From positions 7,440,001 to 7,504,000 of the forward strand of contig NC_043026.1 of NCBI RefSeq assembly GCF_006345805.1: 64,000 bases of DNA. The letters are read 5' to 3'. The DNA comes from Octopus sinensis (taxonomy: Eukaryota). Of the stretch, positions 37,901-48,810 are shown piece after piece. The position numbers and the translations under genes are program-made. The number at the start of each line of letters is the position of its first letter. Position 1 is the first letter of the stretch. The notes under the pieces are model-generated. The model was not told the DNA's origin. It saw only the letters and a list, made by a program, of their open reading frames with translations, and made no database searches.

Positions 37901-39592
37901 CATTAGGAAGGTCATCCAGCTGTGGAAACCCTGCCAAATCAGACTGGAGTCTGGTGCAACCTTCCAGCTTACCAGCTCTAGTGAAACTGTCCAACCCATA
38001 CCAGCATGGACAATGGATGTTAAATGAGGAAGGCATCAAAAGAGAATGACTCTCCCCAGACAACAGAATATGCTTCAACACACAAACTCACATAAAGAAT
38101 CTTGCAAACCATCTCCAAAAAACGAAATATATATTGAAATATTAAGGGTGAACAAATTGAATATTAATTTGATGAATATCAATTTAAAACCAGTGGCCTA
38201 GCATCAGAAAAATTATATTACATACATATAAGGGGGGTGACCACTAAGTGGACATCTATTATGCTAGAGGTAGACCTCATATGGGGTCAGACCATATGGT
38301 GTCTACCTCTAGCATAATGTATATAGATGTATATATAGTGGTCATCCCTCTTATATGTATGTGTGCATATATATATATATATGGACACCCATGCTCATAT
38401 GGTAAATGGATTTGACGAGGCTGATGACAGGTGTGTGTTCACGTGAGTCCATGCACACACACGTTTTTATCTGTTGTTCAAAGAGATGTCACTGGCCCCT
38501 GAGTTATTCCCCTTGGTTCATTTTCCTCCGGTCCAGTCCTGCGTAGATTCAATGTGAGTTCAAATCCTGATGGAGTAAACCTCCTGAGACAAAAGACACG
38601 AACATATCAACAGTCAATAACATCTCAGGATGTCTACCGTGTCAGGACTTTTAACCCACATCATGGATCTACGCAGGATTTTGCACCCAAGGACTCGTTT
38701 CTATAACTTCAGAAAGTTGATCTATGAACTTTTATGCTTCTTTTTTCTTCTCTCTTTCCATCTCCTTATTCTTTTACTCCCTTCCTCTATGTCGTCATCT
38801 CATTAATATATATATAAACCCTTCTCATTTTTCCTATTTGTCTCTGATGATGGAATATCCCATACTTTAGGACATCCCAGAAACAGCTGTAAGACTTTGA
38901 ATTTTTTCCAATAACAATATTGCATACGACTTGAGATGTCTTGACTTAATGTTTGTTGTCCTCTTTAACAATTATATATATCAGTGCTTTTCAAACTTTT
39001 TGCTGGAGCGGAACCCCAAGGAAACATTCCACTGGCTTGAGGAACCCCTGTGCAATAATTTAATTGCCTTATGCACACATATCTGCACAGGAGAATTAGA
39101 AATTACTGCCGATTTTAGCAGTTTTGTAACTTCTTGCGGAACCCCTGCACTGTACTGGCGGAACCCTGGTTGAAAACCACTGATATATATATATACTCTC
39201 TTACTCTTTTACTTGTTTCAGTCATGTGACTGCGGCCATGCTGGAGCATTGCTTTTAGTCGAGCAAATTCTTTGTAAGCCTGGTACTTATTCTATCAGTG
39301 TTTTTTGCTGAACCGCTAAGTTATGGAGACGTAAACACACCAGCATCGGTTGTCAAGCGATGTTGGGAGGACAAACACAGACACACAAACATATACACAC
39401 ACACATATACATATATATATACATATATATGACGGGCTTCTTTCAGTTTCCGTCTATCAAAACCACTCACAAGGCTTTGGTTGGCCCGAGGCTATTGTAG
39501 AAGACACTTGCCCAAGGTGCCATACAGTGGGACTGAACCCGGAACCATGTGGCTGGTAAGCAAGCTACTTACCACACAGCCACTCCTACGCC

Positions 39593-39623
<31 letters not shown>

Positions 39624-41277
39624 TCGTGTGTGTGTGTGTGTCTTAGTACATGTGTTTGTCCTTACCACTACTTGTCAACCAGTGTTGGTTTGTTTATGTC
39701 CCTGTAACTTAGCAGTTCGACAAAAGACACCAATAGAATAATTATCAGACTTTACAAAAACAAAAAAACTATTTCCTGGGGTTGATTCATTCAACTGGAA
39801 CAAGTAAAAGGTAAAAACAGTAATTTATGCTGAATGGTATTTGATACACCTGTATATGTTTTTTTATTTTTCTTATTTCCCAGGTACCCCTGATAACAGT
39901 GAAGCCAGCTGTAGCCATGAAGTCCGAATGTGGTCCCATGGATCTTACACACTCCTGCGAGACACAGAGGCAAAGTCGGCTGATTATGCTTTAGATACAT
40001 TCTTGTTCTTTGGATGTGAAGGTTATTATTATTATTATTATTCTCCTCCTGCGTTCAAATTCTGCTGAGGTCGACTTTGCCTTTCTTCCTTTCTGGGGTG
40101 ATGAATTAAGTACCAGTTGCATACTGGGGATTGATCTAATTCACTGCCCTGCCACAAGAAAATTTCAGGCCTTGTGCCTATAGTAGAAAGGATTATTATT
40201 ATTATTGAGTGAGCGAGCAGAGCAGTGCATGCCATCAAAGTGACACTGAGGTAAAATATACGAAGCCCATCATGACTACCCGTCTTATAAGGGTACACCA
40301 GGCACATGCATCACAACCATATGTGCGCGACATGGTGATCTCATATCAAGATAAACATCACATGACCTTGCAGGTGGGGCCCAGTCAGAATTTTCCTCTG
40401 GTCGAGTAACCCATCCAGCTGAAAAGGTCCCTGAATAAGGGTTGTTTAAGGATGTTGAATGAACCACCCAGGTTTCCAGATGTGAATTATTCAAACCCCA
40501 AAGAATCCCTCTCAACACACGGCTATGATGCTCCCCCACTACTTCTGCTCGTGATCAGAGATGCACATATCGTCAGCCACCAAGGGACATGCTCAACTGG
40601 TTAAGGTCAAACAACTGACAAGCAAATCTGTGGTATTGAGCAGAATATTTGCTGTAGTCCATCTTTTATACCAACACAAAACATTATTATTATTATCATC
40701 ATCATCATCATCATCATCAGCATCAGCTGCAGCAGCAGCAGCATGTTGGATAAAATGCTTTGCAGGATTTTTTTCTGGCTCTTTACACTCTGAGTTCAAA
40801 CCCTACCATAGTCCACTTAGCTGTTTGGTCTTCCTGGGGACAATTATTCTCTTCTCCGTCTTTTACTCACTTTATTGGTAAATGGCCATATTCCTCTCTG
40901 AAAAAAGAGTTGTTTCATCTTGTTATTATTCTAATACAGTAAACCTATGATCAGGGAAGTTCCAATTTTGACCATCTCAACTTATATTCAGACATAGCAA
41001 ATCTTGGATTATATCATCCAGTGTCCCCTTCCTTGTTGCTGTTGTATGGCCCCAGGTAATTCCAGGTCCAACAGACCCATGAGTAAAGGTATTCCAGCAT
41101 TAATGTCTGCACCTAGTCAGCCACAGTGTACCTAGGACTACATTATCTAATGTTTTTCATTGTAGGTTGGCAACCAGACTATGGCGGATATATATCATAT
41201 ATAGTGAATGGTGAAGATGAAGAGGTAAGCTTCTGCTATATATACATACATACATAGTTATTTAGAGTTAAATACCA

Positions 41278-41313
<36 letters not shown>

Positions 41314-42618
41314 GGTGCTAGTAGGGTGCAAAGAGAACCATCCGAGCATGATCGTTGCCAGAGTGGCTACCTGGCCTCCGTGCCAGTGGCACGTAAAAGA
41401 CACCATTCGAGCATGATCGTTACCAGCATCGCCTTACTGGCACCTGTGCCGGTGGCATGTGTAAAAAGATTCGAGTGAGGTCGTTGCCAGTACCACCTGA
41501 CTGGCCCCTGTGCCAATGGCACGTAAAAGCGCCCACTACACTCTCGGAGTGGTTGGTGTTAGAAAGGGCATCCAGCTGTAGAAACTCTGCCAGATCAAGA
41601 TTGGAGCCTGGTGCAGCCATCTGGTTCACCAGTCCTCAGTCAAAACCGTCCAACCCATGCCAGCATGGAAAGCAGACGTTAAACGATGATGGTGATTCTT
41701 TTATTCTTTTATTTGTGTCAGCCATTTGGCTGTGGCCATGCTGGAGCACCATCTTTAGTCAAGCAAATTGACCCCATGGCTTATTCTTTGTAAGCCTAGT
41801 ACTTTATCGGTGTATTTTGCTGAACTGCTAAGTTATGGGGATGTAAACACACCAGCATCGGTTGTCAAGCGATGTTGGGTGCACAGACACACAAACATAT
41901 ACACACATACATACATACGTACATACATATGTATATGAAAAAGGATACAAAAAATAGGACAAGAACGCAACAGGCAACAACAAAACATTCATACAGTTAG
42001 GGGATACAGAAAGGGACAAGAAGAAACAAGGACGGGTCAGTCGGAGTTTTCTTTCATCAATCGAGTTCCAGATTGGATTTGCAGTTTCGGCTGCTCCAAA
42101 GGTTAATATTTTTATTCACTAAAAGCATGTGTTGTGTTGAAACTCCTGTAACTAAACAATGGAATATCATGCCTGAACCCTTAAGCATTTAAACCGGCCA
42201 TATCCGGCCAGAAGTATTCTGCCTGTTTTATGTTCAAACTGGCCAGATCTAGTCTCTCACACCAACCCTACAATATCGTTTTAAAAATTAACAGCTACCT
42301 CATCAAAATCTCATAGCTACAAGATGATGCATGATTAGTTCAAAACAATTTGGATAAAAAAAGGATTAATTTTGGCAGAATAATGCGAACACTAAAGGGT
42401 TAAGTTCCATTCTTTCACTTTATATAAATTCATGTTTTTATCTTCATAAATGTTTTTGTATATATTTTCAGCTGCTTACTGTCAGCCCAGCCCACAATTC
42501 TCTGGCCCTCGTCTATCGAGACTCGGAAACACTTCGCTTTGTTAAACATATCAATCATCGAATCACATCCATGCCAAACCACAAGTTCTTTGATATTTCT
42601 TTCATATATTATGAATAA
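24455..42618 (+). CDS. OGFOD1: Prolyl 3-hydroxylase OGFOD1 (uS12/RPS23 hydroxylase), 13-exon gene, about 674 aa
   Basis: join(24455-24782,25279-25433,27940-27986,28239-28339,28950-29066,31404-31495,32803-32934,34667-34780,35288-35367,37135-37649,39884-40021,41166-41224,42472-42618). All introns are GT-AG with consistent phases. Motifs: [54 protein letters not shown] and terminal FIYYE*. AATAAA at 42635. Confidence 0.93.
24822..25106. mobile_element. MITE with about 87-bp TIRs and 8-bp TSD (Merlin-like)
   Basis: GGCGATCTTTCG...CGAAAGATTGCC ends; ATTAAACG duplicated at 24814-24821 and 25107-25114. Confidence 0.8.
25279..25433 (+). CDS. OGFOD1: OGFOD1 exon 2
   Basis: [12 protein letters not shown]...[11 protein letters not shown]; TTTCCAG acceptor, GTAAAA donor. 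Confidence 0.92.
25653..25846. mobile_element. piggyBac-like MITE
   Basis: TTAA|CCCT...AGGG|TTAA; a partial second copy lies at about 25997-26125. Confidence 0.55.
26130..27110 (-). mobile_element. R4/Dong/NeSL-like (RLE) non-LTR retrotransposon remnant interrupted by an RTE-tail repeat
   Basis: TWRWL...[17 protein letters not shown]...SPLCRM and [15 protein letters not shown]...HKPEGV; related fragments at about 12780-13110 (-) and 21945-22220 (+). Confidence 0.65.
27940..27986 (+). CDS. OGFOD1: OGFOD1 exon 3
   Basis: [16 protein letters not shown]; CCAG acceptor, GTGAGT donor; phases 0/2 fit the neighbouring exons. Confidence 0.85.
28239..28339 (+). CDS. OGFOD1: OGFOD1 exon 4
   Basis: [33 protein letters not shown]; AG/GT boundaries. 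Confidence 0.9.
28950..29066 (+). CDS. OGFOD1: OGFOD1 exon 5 (HxD iron ligands)
   Basis: [39 protein letters not shown]; TTGCAG acceptor, GTAAGT donor. Confidence 0.95.
29200..29540. repeat. About 20-bp minisatellite (GTATAGGAGTGTATATGTAT)n
   Basis: Direct reading. Confidence 0.85.
30367..30810 (+). mobile_element. SINE family A copy
   Basis: Near-identical to 18438-18835. Confidence 0.8.
31404..31495 (+). CDS. OGFOD1: OGFOD1 exon 6 (distal His)
   Basis: [30 protein letters not shown]; TTTCAG acceptor, GTTATG donor. Confidence 0.92.
31701..32097 (-). mobile_element. SINE family A copy
   Basis: Reverse complement of the same consensus. Confidence 0.8.
32574..32615 (-). ncRNA. Minimal type-I hammerhead ribozyme
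   Basis: Minus strand CTGTG-CTGATGA-A GGG AAATAA CCC A-GAAA-TCAGA-TA-CACAG; helix I CTGTG/CACAG, AUA triplet. Confidence 0.6.
32803..32934 (+). CDS. OGFOD1: OGFOD1 exon 7 (2OG-binding Arg)
   Basis: [23 protein letters not shown]...; TTTCAG acceptor, GTAAGG donor. Confidence 0.93.
33641..34100 (-). mobile_element. Tc1/mariner-superfamily (maT-like) transposase 3' remnant
   Basis: [24 protein letters not shown] and [16 protein letters not shown] motifs across frameshifts. Confidence 0.7.
34667..34780 (+). CDS. OGFOD1: OGFOD1 exon 8
   Basis: [38 protein letters not shown]; AAG acceptor, GTTGGT donor. Confidence 0.88.
35288..35367 (+). CDS. OGFOD1: OGFOD1 exon 9
   Basis: [27 protein letters not shown]; TTTCAG acceptor, GTATTT donor. 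Confidence 0.9.
35677..36150. repeat. About 470-bp interspersed repeat, duplicated at 40207-40680
   Basis: Two highly similar same-orientation copies in OGFOD1 introns 9 and 11, each next to (ATT)n. Confidence 0.7.
36789..37059. mobile_element. hAT-like MITE with GACTCC subterminal repeats
   Basis: CAGGGCTGTGGAGTC and GACTCCACAGCCCTG TIRs; no clear TSD. Confidence 0.6.
37135..37649 (+). CDS. OGFOD1: OGFOD1 exon 10
   Basis: [23 protein letters not shown] followed by an acidic/Ser/Thr low-complexity linker; TTGCAG acceptor, GTAAGT donor. Confidence 0.88.
38840..38895 (+). ncRNA. Minimal type-I hammerhead ribozyme (Penelope-type)
   Basis: GTCT-CTGATGA-[TGGAATATCC/GGACATCCCA stem]-GAAA-C AGCT G-TA-AGAC. 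The core is intact, helix I is GTCT/AGAC, loop III is palindromic and the cleavage triplet is GUA. Confidence 0.7.
38982..39182 (+). mobile_element. hAT-type MITE
   Basis: CAGTG(C/G)TTTTCAA TIRs and 8-bp ATATATAT flanks; a second, inverted copy lies at 46598-46797. Confidence 0.75.
39196..39590 (-). mobile_element. SINE family A copy
   Basis: Reverse complement of the same consensus. Confidence 0.75.
39884..40021 (+). CDS. OGFOD1: OGFOD1 exon 11
   Basis: [18 protein letters not shown]...[12 protein letters not shown]; CCCAG acceptor, GTTATT donor. Confidence 0.9.
41166..41224 (+). CDS. OGFOD1: OGFOD1 exon 12
   Basis: [20 protein letters not shown]; TGTAG acceptor, GTAAGC donor. Confidence 0.92.
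42472..42618 (+). CDS. OGFOD1: OGFOD1 exon 13 (terminal)
   Basis: [30 protein letters not shown]...[10 protein letters not shown]; TTTCAG acceptor. Confidence 0.93.
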   Translation: MLTVSPAHNSLALVYRDSETLRFVKHINHRITSMPNHKFFDISFIYYE

Positions 42619-42759
42619 TAATAATAATGATAATAATAAAAGTCATTTCTTTACATTGTGCTTTTCTGTTTTCTTTTATTATTTGCTGAACCAGAGTGCA
42701 AAACTTCTCTGGGTTTTGCATCATAATTAACCCTTTTGTTACCATAATTTATTTTAAAT

Positions 42760-43270
42760 ATAACAAGAAATGAAGCTAGTATGATCCGCTGGATGTGTAA
42801 TGTCAGTGTGCATACACAACAGAGTGTAAGTGCCCTGAGAGAAAAGTTGGACATGGGAAGCATCAGATGTGGTGTGCAAGAAAGACAACTGCACTGGTAT
42901 GACCATATGTTATGTATGGATGAGGACAGCTGTGTGAGGAAGTGCTACACCCTACCTGTGGAAGAGGAAGACGTAGGATGAGGTGGTGAAGCACGACCTT
43001 CGAACATTGGACCTCACAGACGCAATGACAGGAGAGCGAGACCTTTGGAGATATGCTGTGATTGAGAAGACCCAGCAACTGAAGTGAGATCGCAGCCATG
43101 GCTGAGGTCAGTGTTGCATGTCCAGGCCCATTTAAGAGTACCCTTGATACGTTGGGTGATTTAATGTGCTTGGGAAGACCTGTTGAGTCAAGTAAAACCA
43201 AAATTGTAGCTGTGGCCAGTGCCCCCTGATTGGCTCCTGTGCTGGTGGTACATAAAAAGCACTATCTGAA
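42760..43270 (+). mobile_element. RTE-clade LINE 3' remnant
   Basis: EASMIRWMCNVSV...LREKL...SIRCGVQERQLHWYDHM...CVRKC plus the shared 3' UTR. Confidence 0.7.
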
Positions 43271-44387
43271 CATGATTGATGTTGTTGGTAACAGAAATAA
43301 AAGAAAAGAAAAATTATAGGCACAAGAGTAATAGAACATAGAGAGAGGGAGAGTGAAAGTTATAGACAGCTACATGATGGTTATTGGGAAGGAAATTGAG
43401 TAGAAACACTAAGCTTCAAGTAGTGATTCACCAGATTAATAAGAATTGTTTCCATAGGAACAGGACCAGGGTTTTTGGTGGTGGAGAATAATAATAGTTT
43501 AATGATAGTTTATGTTGATGTTGTTGTTGTTGACTCAGTGATCATCATCATCATCAGTTAATATCTGCTTTCCATGCTGGCTTTGGTTGGACAGTTTGAC
43601 TGAAAACTGGTAAGCTGGGGAGCTGCACCAGGCTCCAATCTGATCTGGCAGAGTTTCTACGGCTGGATGCCCTTCCTAACGCCAACCACTCTGAGAGTGT
43701 AGGGGATGCTTTTTATGTGCCATTGACCTGACACTGACATCGGCCACAACTACGATCTCACTTGGCTTGGCAGGCCACCACAAGCATGGTACATTGCCAA
43801 GGAGCATAACTGCTACTTAATTTATCGACCCCGAAAGGATAAAAGGCAAAGTCGACCTCGGCGGAATTTGAATTCAGAATGTAGTAGCAGACGAAATACC
43901 TATTTCTTTACTACACAGAGGGGACAAACAAGGACAGACAAAGGGATTAAGTCGATTACATCGACCCCAGTGCGTAACAGGTACTTATTTAATTGACCCC
44001 GAAAAGATGAAAGGCAAAGTCGACCTCAGCGGAATTTGAACTCAGGATGTAACGGCAGGCAAAATACGGCTATGGATTTCGCCTGGCGTGCTAACGTTTC
44101 TGCCAGCTCGCCTCCTTAATAATAATAATAATAATCCTTTCTACTAAGGGGACAACGCCTGAAATTTGTGGGGGTGGAGGGACTAGTCAATAACATTGAC
44201 TCCAGTGTCTCAATGGTACTTAATCTATCGACCCTGAAAGGAAGATAGGTAAAGTGGACCTGGGCGGAATTTGAACCGAGAACATAGCGGCAGATGACAT
44301 ATCGCTAAGCGTTTTGTACTAAAGATTCTGCCGGCTCGCTGCTATGGTGGTGGTGGTGGTGGTGGTGGTGGTGGTGATGATGATGAG

Positions 44388-44450
<63 letters not shown>

Positions 44451-44704
44451 TGGTGGTGGTGGTGGTGGTGGTGGTGACGACGATGATGTTAGCGTCTGTG
44501 TGTGTGGCAGGGTTGTTTAATTGATCGTCTGACAAACATTCAAAGAGAATTTGGAAGTCAGAGAATTGCTGAGTCGAACAGAATGAATTATGTGTGTGGG
44601 GGGGGCAAAGGAGGAGAGGAAATGAAGAATGTGTGTGTGTGTGTGTGTATACAATTATATGTATATATGGGTGTGTGTGATATTCGTGTATATCTATCTA
44701 TGTG

Positions 44705-44748
<44 letters not shown>

Positions 44749-44864
44749 GTGTGTGTGTGTGTGCGTATGTATGTACAATTATATGTATATGTGTGTGATA
44801 TTCGTGTATATCTATGTGTGTGTATGTATATATATGTATATATATATATAGTATATATATATAT

Positions 44865-44914
<50 letters not shown>

Positions 44915-45159
44915 GCGTGACTTGTGTATGTGTGTGCAGCTTTGGGTAATGTAATGGATGACTGGACCTTGTCTCTGATGACTGTCACAACTTAATTACA
45001 CGAAAGACCCGTCACACAACAATGAAGATGACCTTATTTCTGTCAGCCTGCTCGTCTGTCTGTCTGTCCCCGACCCCTCTCCCTCTCTCGCCCCCCCTCT
45101 CTCTGTCGTCTGCCTCTTTTTATCTAACGCTTGAGTAATGCTTTCGGCTTCAGATGACA

Positions 45160-46050
45160 CTCAATGTGTGTGTGTATGTATGTACGTATGTATGTATTAT
45201 GTATGTATGTGTGTATGTATGTATGTATGTATGTGTGTATTATGTATGTATGTATGTATGTACGTACGTATGTGCGTATGTATGTATGTATGTATGTATG
45301 TATGTATGTATGTATGTATGTTTGAAGTGTGTATGTAGTATGTATGTATGTATGTATGTGTGATGTAGTATGTATTATGTATGTGTGTATGTATGTATGA
45401 ATGTATGTATGTATGCATGTATGTATGTATGTGTGTATGTGTGTGTATGTTGTGTATGTATGTATGTATGTATGTATGTATGTATGTATGATGTATGTGT
45501 GTATGTATGATGTATGTATGTATGTGTGTATGTGTGTATGTATGTATGTATGTATGTGTGTATGTATGTATGTATGTGTGAATGTATGTATGTATGTATG
45601 TTTGAATGTGTGTATGTATGTATGTATGTATGTATGTATGTATGTATGTATGTATGAGTGTGTGTATGTATGTATGTATGTATGTATGAGTGTGTGTATG
45701 TATGTATGTATGTGTGTATGTATGTATGTATGTGTGTATGTATGTATGCATGTATGTATGTATGTATGTATGTTTGAATGTGTGTATATATGTATGTATG
45801 TATGTATTTGTGTATGTATGTATGTATGTATTTGTGTATGTATGTATGTATGTATGTGTGTATGTATGTATGTATGTGTGTATGTATGTATATATGTATG
45901 TATGTGTGTATGTATGTATGTATGTATGTATGTATGTATGTGTGTATGTGTGTATGTATGTATGTACGTATGTATAGTGTGTGTATGTATGTGTGTGTAT
46001 GCATGTAAGTATGTATGTGTGTATGTATGTATATATGTATGTACGCATGT
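45160..46050. repeat. (TATG)n array
   Basis: Direct reading. Confidence 0.95.
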
Positions 46051-46210
46051 ATAAATGTATGTGTGTGTGTTTTTGTAAGTCTGTACGCTTGTATGTACGT
46101 ATATATGTCATGTATTTATGTAAGTACATATATTATTTATGTGTTTTCTATGTATATATGTGTGCATATATGAACGCATACATTTCTGTATTATGTGTAT
46201 GTATTTAAGT

Positions 46211-46284
<74 letters not shown>

Positions 46285-46597
46285 TATGTATTTCTGTTTG
46301 TGTATGTGTATGTTTGAATGTATTCATATATGTATGTGTTTGCATGCAAATACATGTATCTGTGTATACGTGTGTTTGTTTGTACGTGTGTGTATAATTC
46401 CTTGGCGCCTCTGTGTGTCTGTGTGTCCGGTCAATGAAATTAACGCACAGAAAGTATCCATCACGAAAATGGCTAAATATAAGGAAGAAGAAGGAATGTG
46501 TAACAGACTGGCTGGGAAGATGTCGGGGCATCAGATTCTAGCCAACGGAGAAAATATACACACATACGCACACACACGTGCGCATAGATCTATAGAG

Positions 46598-46797
46598 CAG
46601 TGGTTTTCAACCAGGGTTCCGCCAGTACAGTCCAGGGATTCCGCAAGAAGTTACAAAACTGCTAAAATCGGCAGTAATTTTTAATTCTCCTGTGCAGATT
46701 TGTGTGCATAAGACTATTAAATTATTGCACAGGGGTTCCCCGAGCCGGTGGAATGTTTCCTTGGGGTTCCGCTCCAGCAAAAGTTTGAAAAGCACTG
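46598..46797 (-). mobile_element. hAT-type MITE (same family as 38982-39182)
   Basis: Same TIRs; flanks CTATAGAG and CTATAGAC (7/8 match TSD). Confidence 0.75.
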
Positions 46798-47203
46798 CTA
46801 TAGACACTATATATACGAGAGTCTGCTGAAAAGTTCCTGGCTTTGGGTAAGAGAAAATCCAGGCGGATCAGTTAATTACGATTTTATTCCCTTCTCAGAT
46901 TCACATACTTATTGCAGTGGCCCTTCAGTTTTTCTAAGCCCTGTATAAAAGAAAGAACTCAGAAGGTTTGGCAAATGATTTTGTTGTACAGAGAAACTGT
47001 ATACCCCTCCCGGTAAAAAAGTGGTAGGACGCAGCCATTACAAATAGACCAGTAGCCGGTCGTCAAGAGAGGGTCGAGAGTCGAAGACTTGAGAATCGAC
47101 AGTTCTCGTCGGGGTCTTGTGGAGCGATCAGCAATAGCAAGACAGAAGATGTTAGTGTATTACTCTTCCGGTGCGAAGAGATACAACGGTAAACCCAGAC
47201 TAG

Positions 47204-47303
47204 NNNNNNNNNNNNNNNNNNNNNNNNNNNNNNNNNNNNNNNNNNNNNNNNNNNNNNNNNNNNNNNNNNNNNNNNNNNNNNNNNNNNNNNNNNNNNNNNN
47301 NNN
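47204..47303. other. Assembly gap (100 N)
   Basis: Run of N. Confidence 1.
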
Positions 47304-48389
47304 TCATGGTTTTGATTCCTGGATCGGGTAGCACATGGTATTCTTGAGTAAAACACTTCATTTCCTGTTGCCTCAGTCCACTCAGCTGTAAAAGCGGAAC
47401 CACCCTGCAATGGGCTGGCTTTTCATTCAGGGGGTAACATTGGGATCTTGGTTATTTATATGCTTTGGAAAGAAGGTACAAGCCCTACAACCCCTAAGAC
47501 TGGAGAGAGTACTTACTATAGATAATGTGGACAAGTGGTTAGGGTGTTGCACTCATGATCTGAAGATTATGGGTTCAATTCCTGGACTGGGTGGCACATT
47601 GTGTTTTCAATAAAAACACTTCATTTCCCATTGGTCCAGTCCACTCAGCTGTAAAAAAAGGAACAACCTGCAATGGACTGGCTTTCTGTCCAGGAGCAGT
47701 GTTGTGAACTTTGTCAGTTATAAGCCATGCAAACTGGATGACCAGCTGTATGAGACCCAGGTCATAGTGTAATGTGGCCAAGTGGTTAGGGAGCAGCACT
47801 CATGATTGACAGATCGTGGGTTCAGTTCCTGGACTGGGTGATGCATTGTATTTTTGAGCAAAGCGCTTCATTTCCAATTGTTCCAGCACACTTAGCTGTA
47901 AACAAGGAACCACCCTGTGATGGACTGGAACCCCTATTCAGGGGAATGTCGTGATCTTGGTCACTTACATGTCATGAAAACAGGGTAACCGGCCCCATGA
48001 GTCCTAGGGCTTGGGACGGCAACATCCAGGGGCTGACGATGATAATAATGAGGCTGATAATCGATGAATGCCACCACACACCTTAGAAACAACAATACTG
48101 GCCCTTACAATGGTGAAATTGCACAAAGTCCTTAGTGAACCTGAGGTTATAGAAAAGAAGAAACTTGCTCAAGGTGCCATGCTCTGAGACTGATCCCTTA
48201 TGAAAACCAACGTTGCTGCTGAGAAGAACCTTCATCAGCAATGCAATCCATGTCTCTGGGACCCGATTTAGATTATCCTTTACTGATTCTGTTTATCAGT
48301 CTGACTAAAGATTAAAGGTTAAAGATTTGGATGACTGAAAAAGTAAGAGATGGCTGCAGGGAGGAAAGGAACTTGTCAAAGACACACAG

Positions 48390-48737
48390 ACAGAAACAGA
48401 GAAAGGAAGGAAGGAGGAAGGAAGGAAAGAAAGAGAGAAAAGGGAAGAAAGAAAGGAAAAGAGAGAAGAAATGAAAGAAAGAAAGAAAGAAAGGAGGAAA
48501 AGAAAGAGAGAGAGAGAAAGAGGAGAATGAAGCAAAGAAAACGCAAAAAGAAAGAGAAACAAAGAAGGAAAAAAGAAGAAAGAAAGAAGGAAAGAAAGAA
48601 TGAAGGAAGGAAAGAAAGAAAGAAAGAAGGAAGGAAGAAGAGAAAGAAAAAAGGAAGAAAGGAAGGAACAAAGAAAGAAAGAAAGAAAGAAAGGAAGGAA
48701 GAAGAGAAAGAAGGAAGGAAGAAGAGAAAGGAAGGAA

Positions 48738-48769
<32 letters not shown>

Positions 48770-48810
48770 GAAGGAAGAAGAGAAAGGAAGAAAGAAAGAA
48801 AGAAAGAGAG
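48390..48810. repeat. Polypurine (GAAA/GGAA)n array
   Basis: Direct reading. Confidence 0.95.

Noticed and set aside
44970-45020. CTGATGA...GAAA...GTC as a hammerhead or C/D snoRNA
   Set aside because: Helices I and III do not pair convincingly, and there is no matching D box with a terminal stem.
45197-46129. 310-aa His/Thr/Tyr/Ile ORF and overlapping ORFs
   Set aside because: These are translations of (TATG)n.
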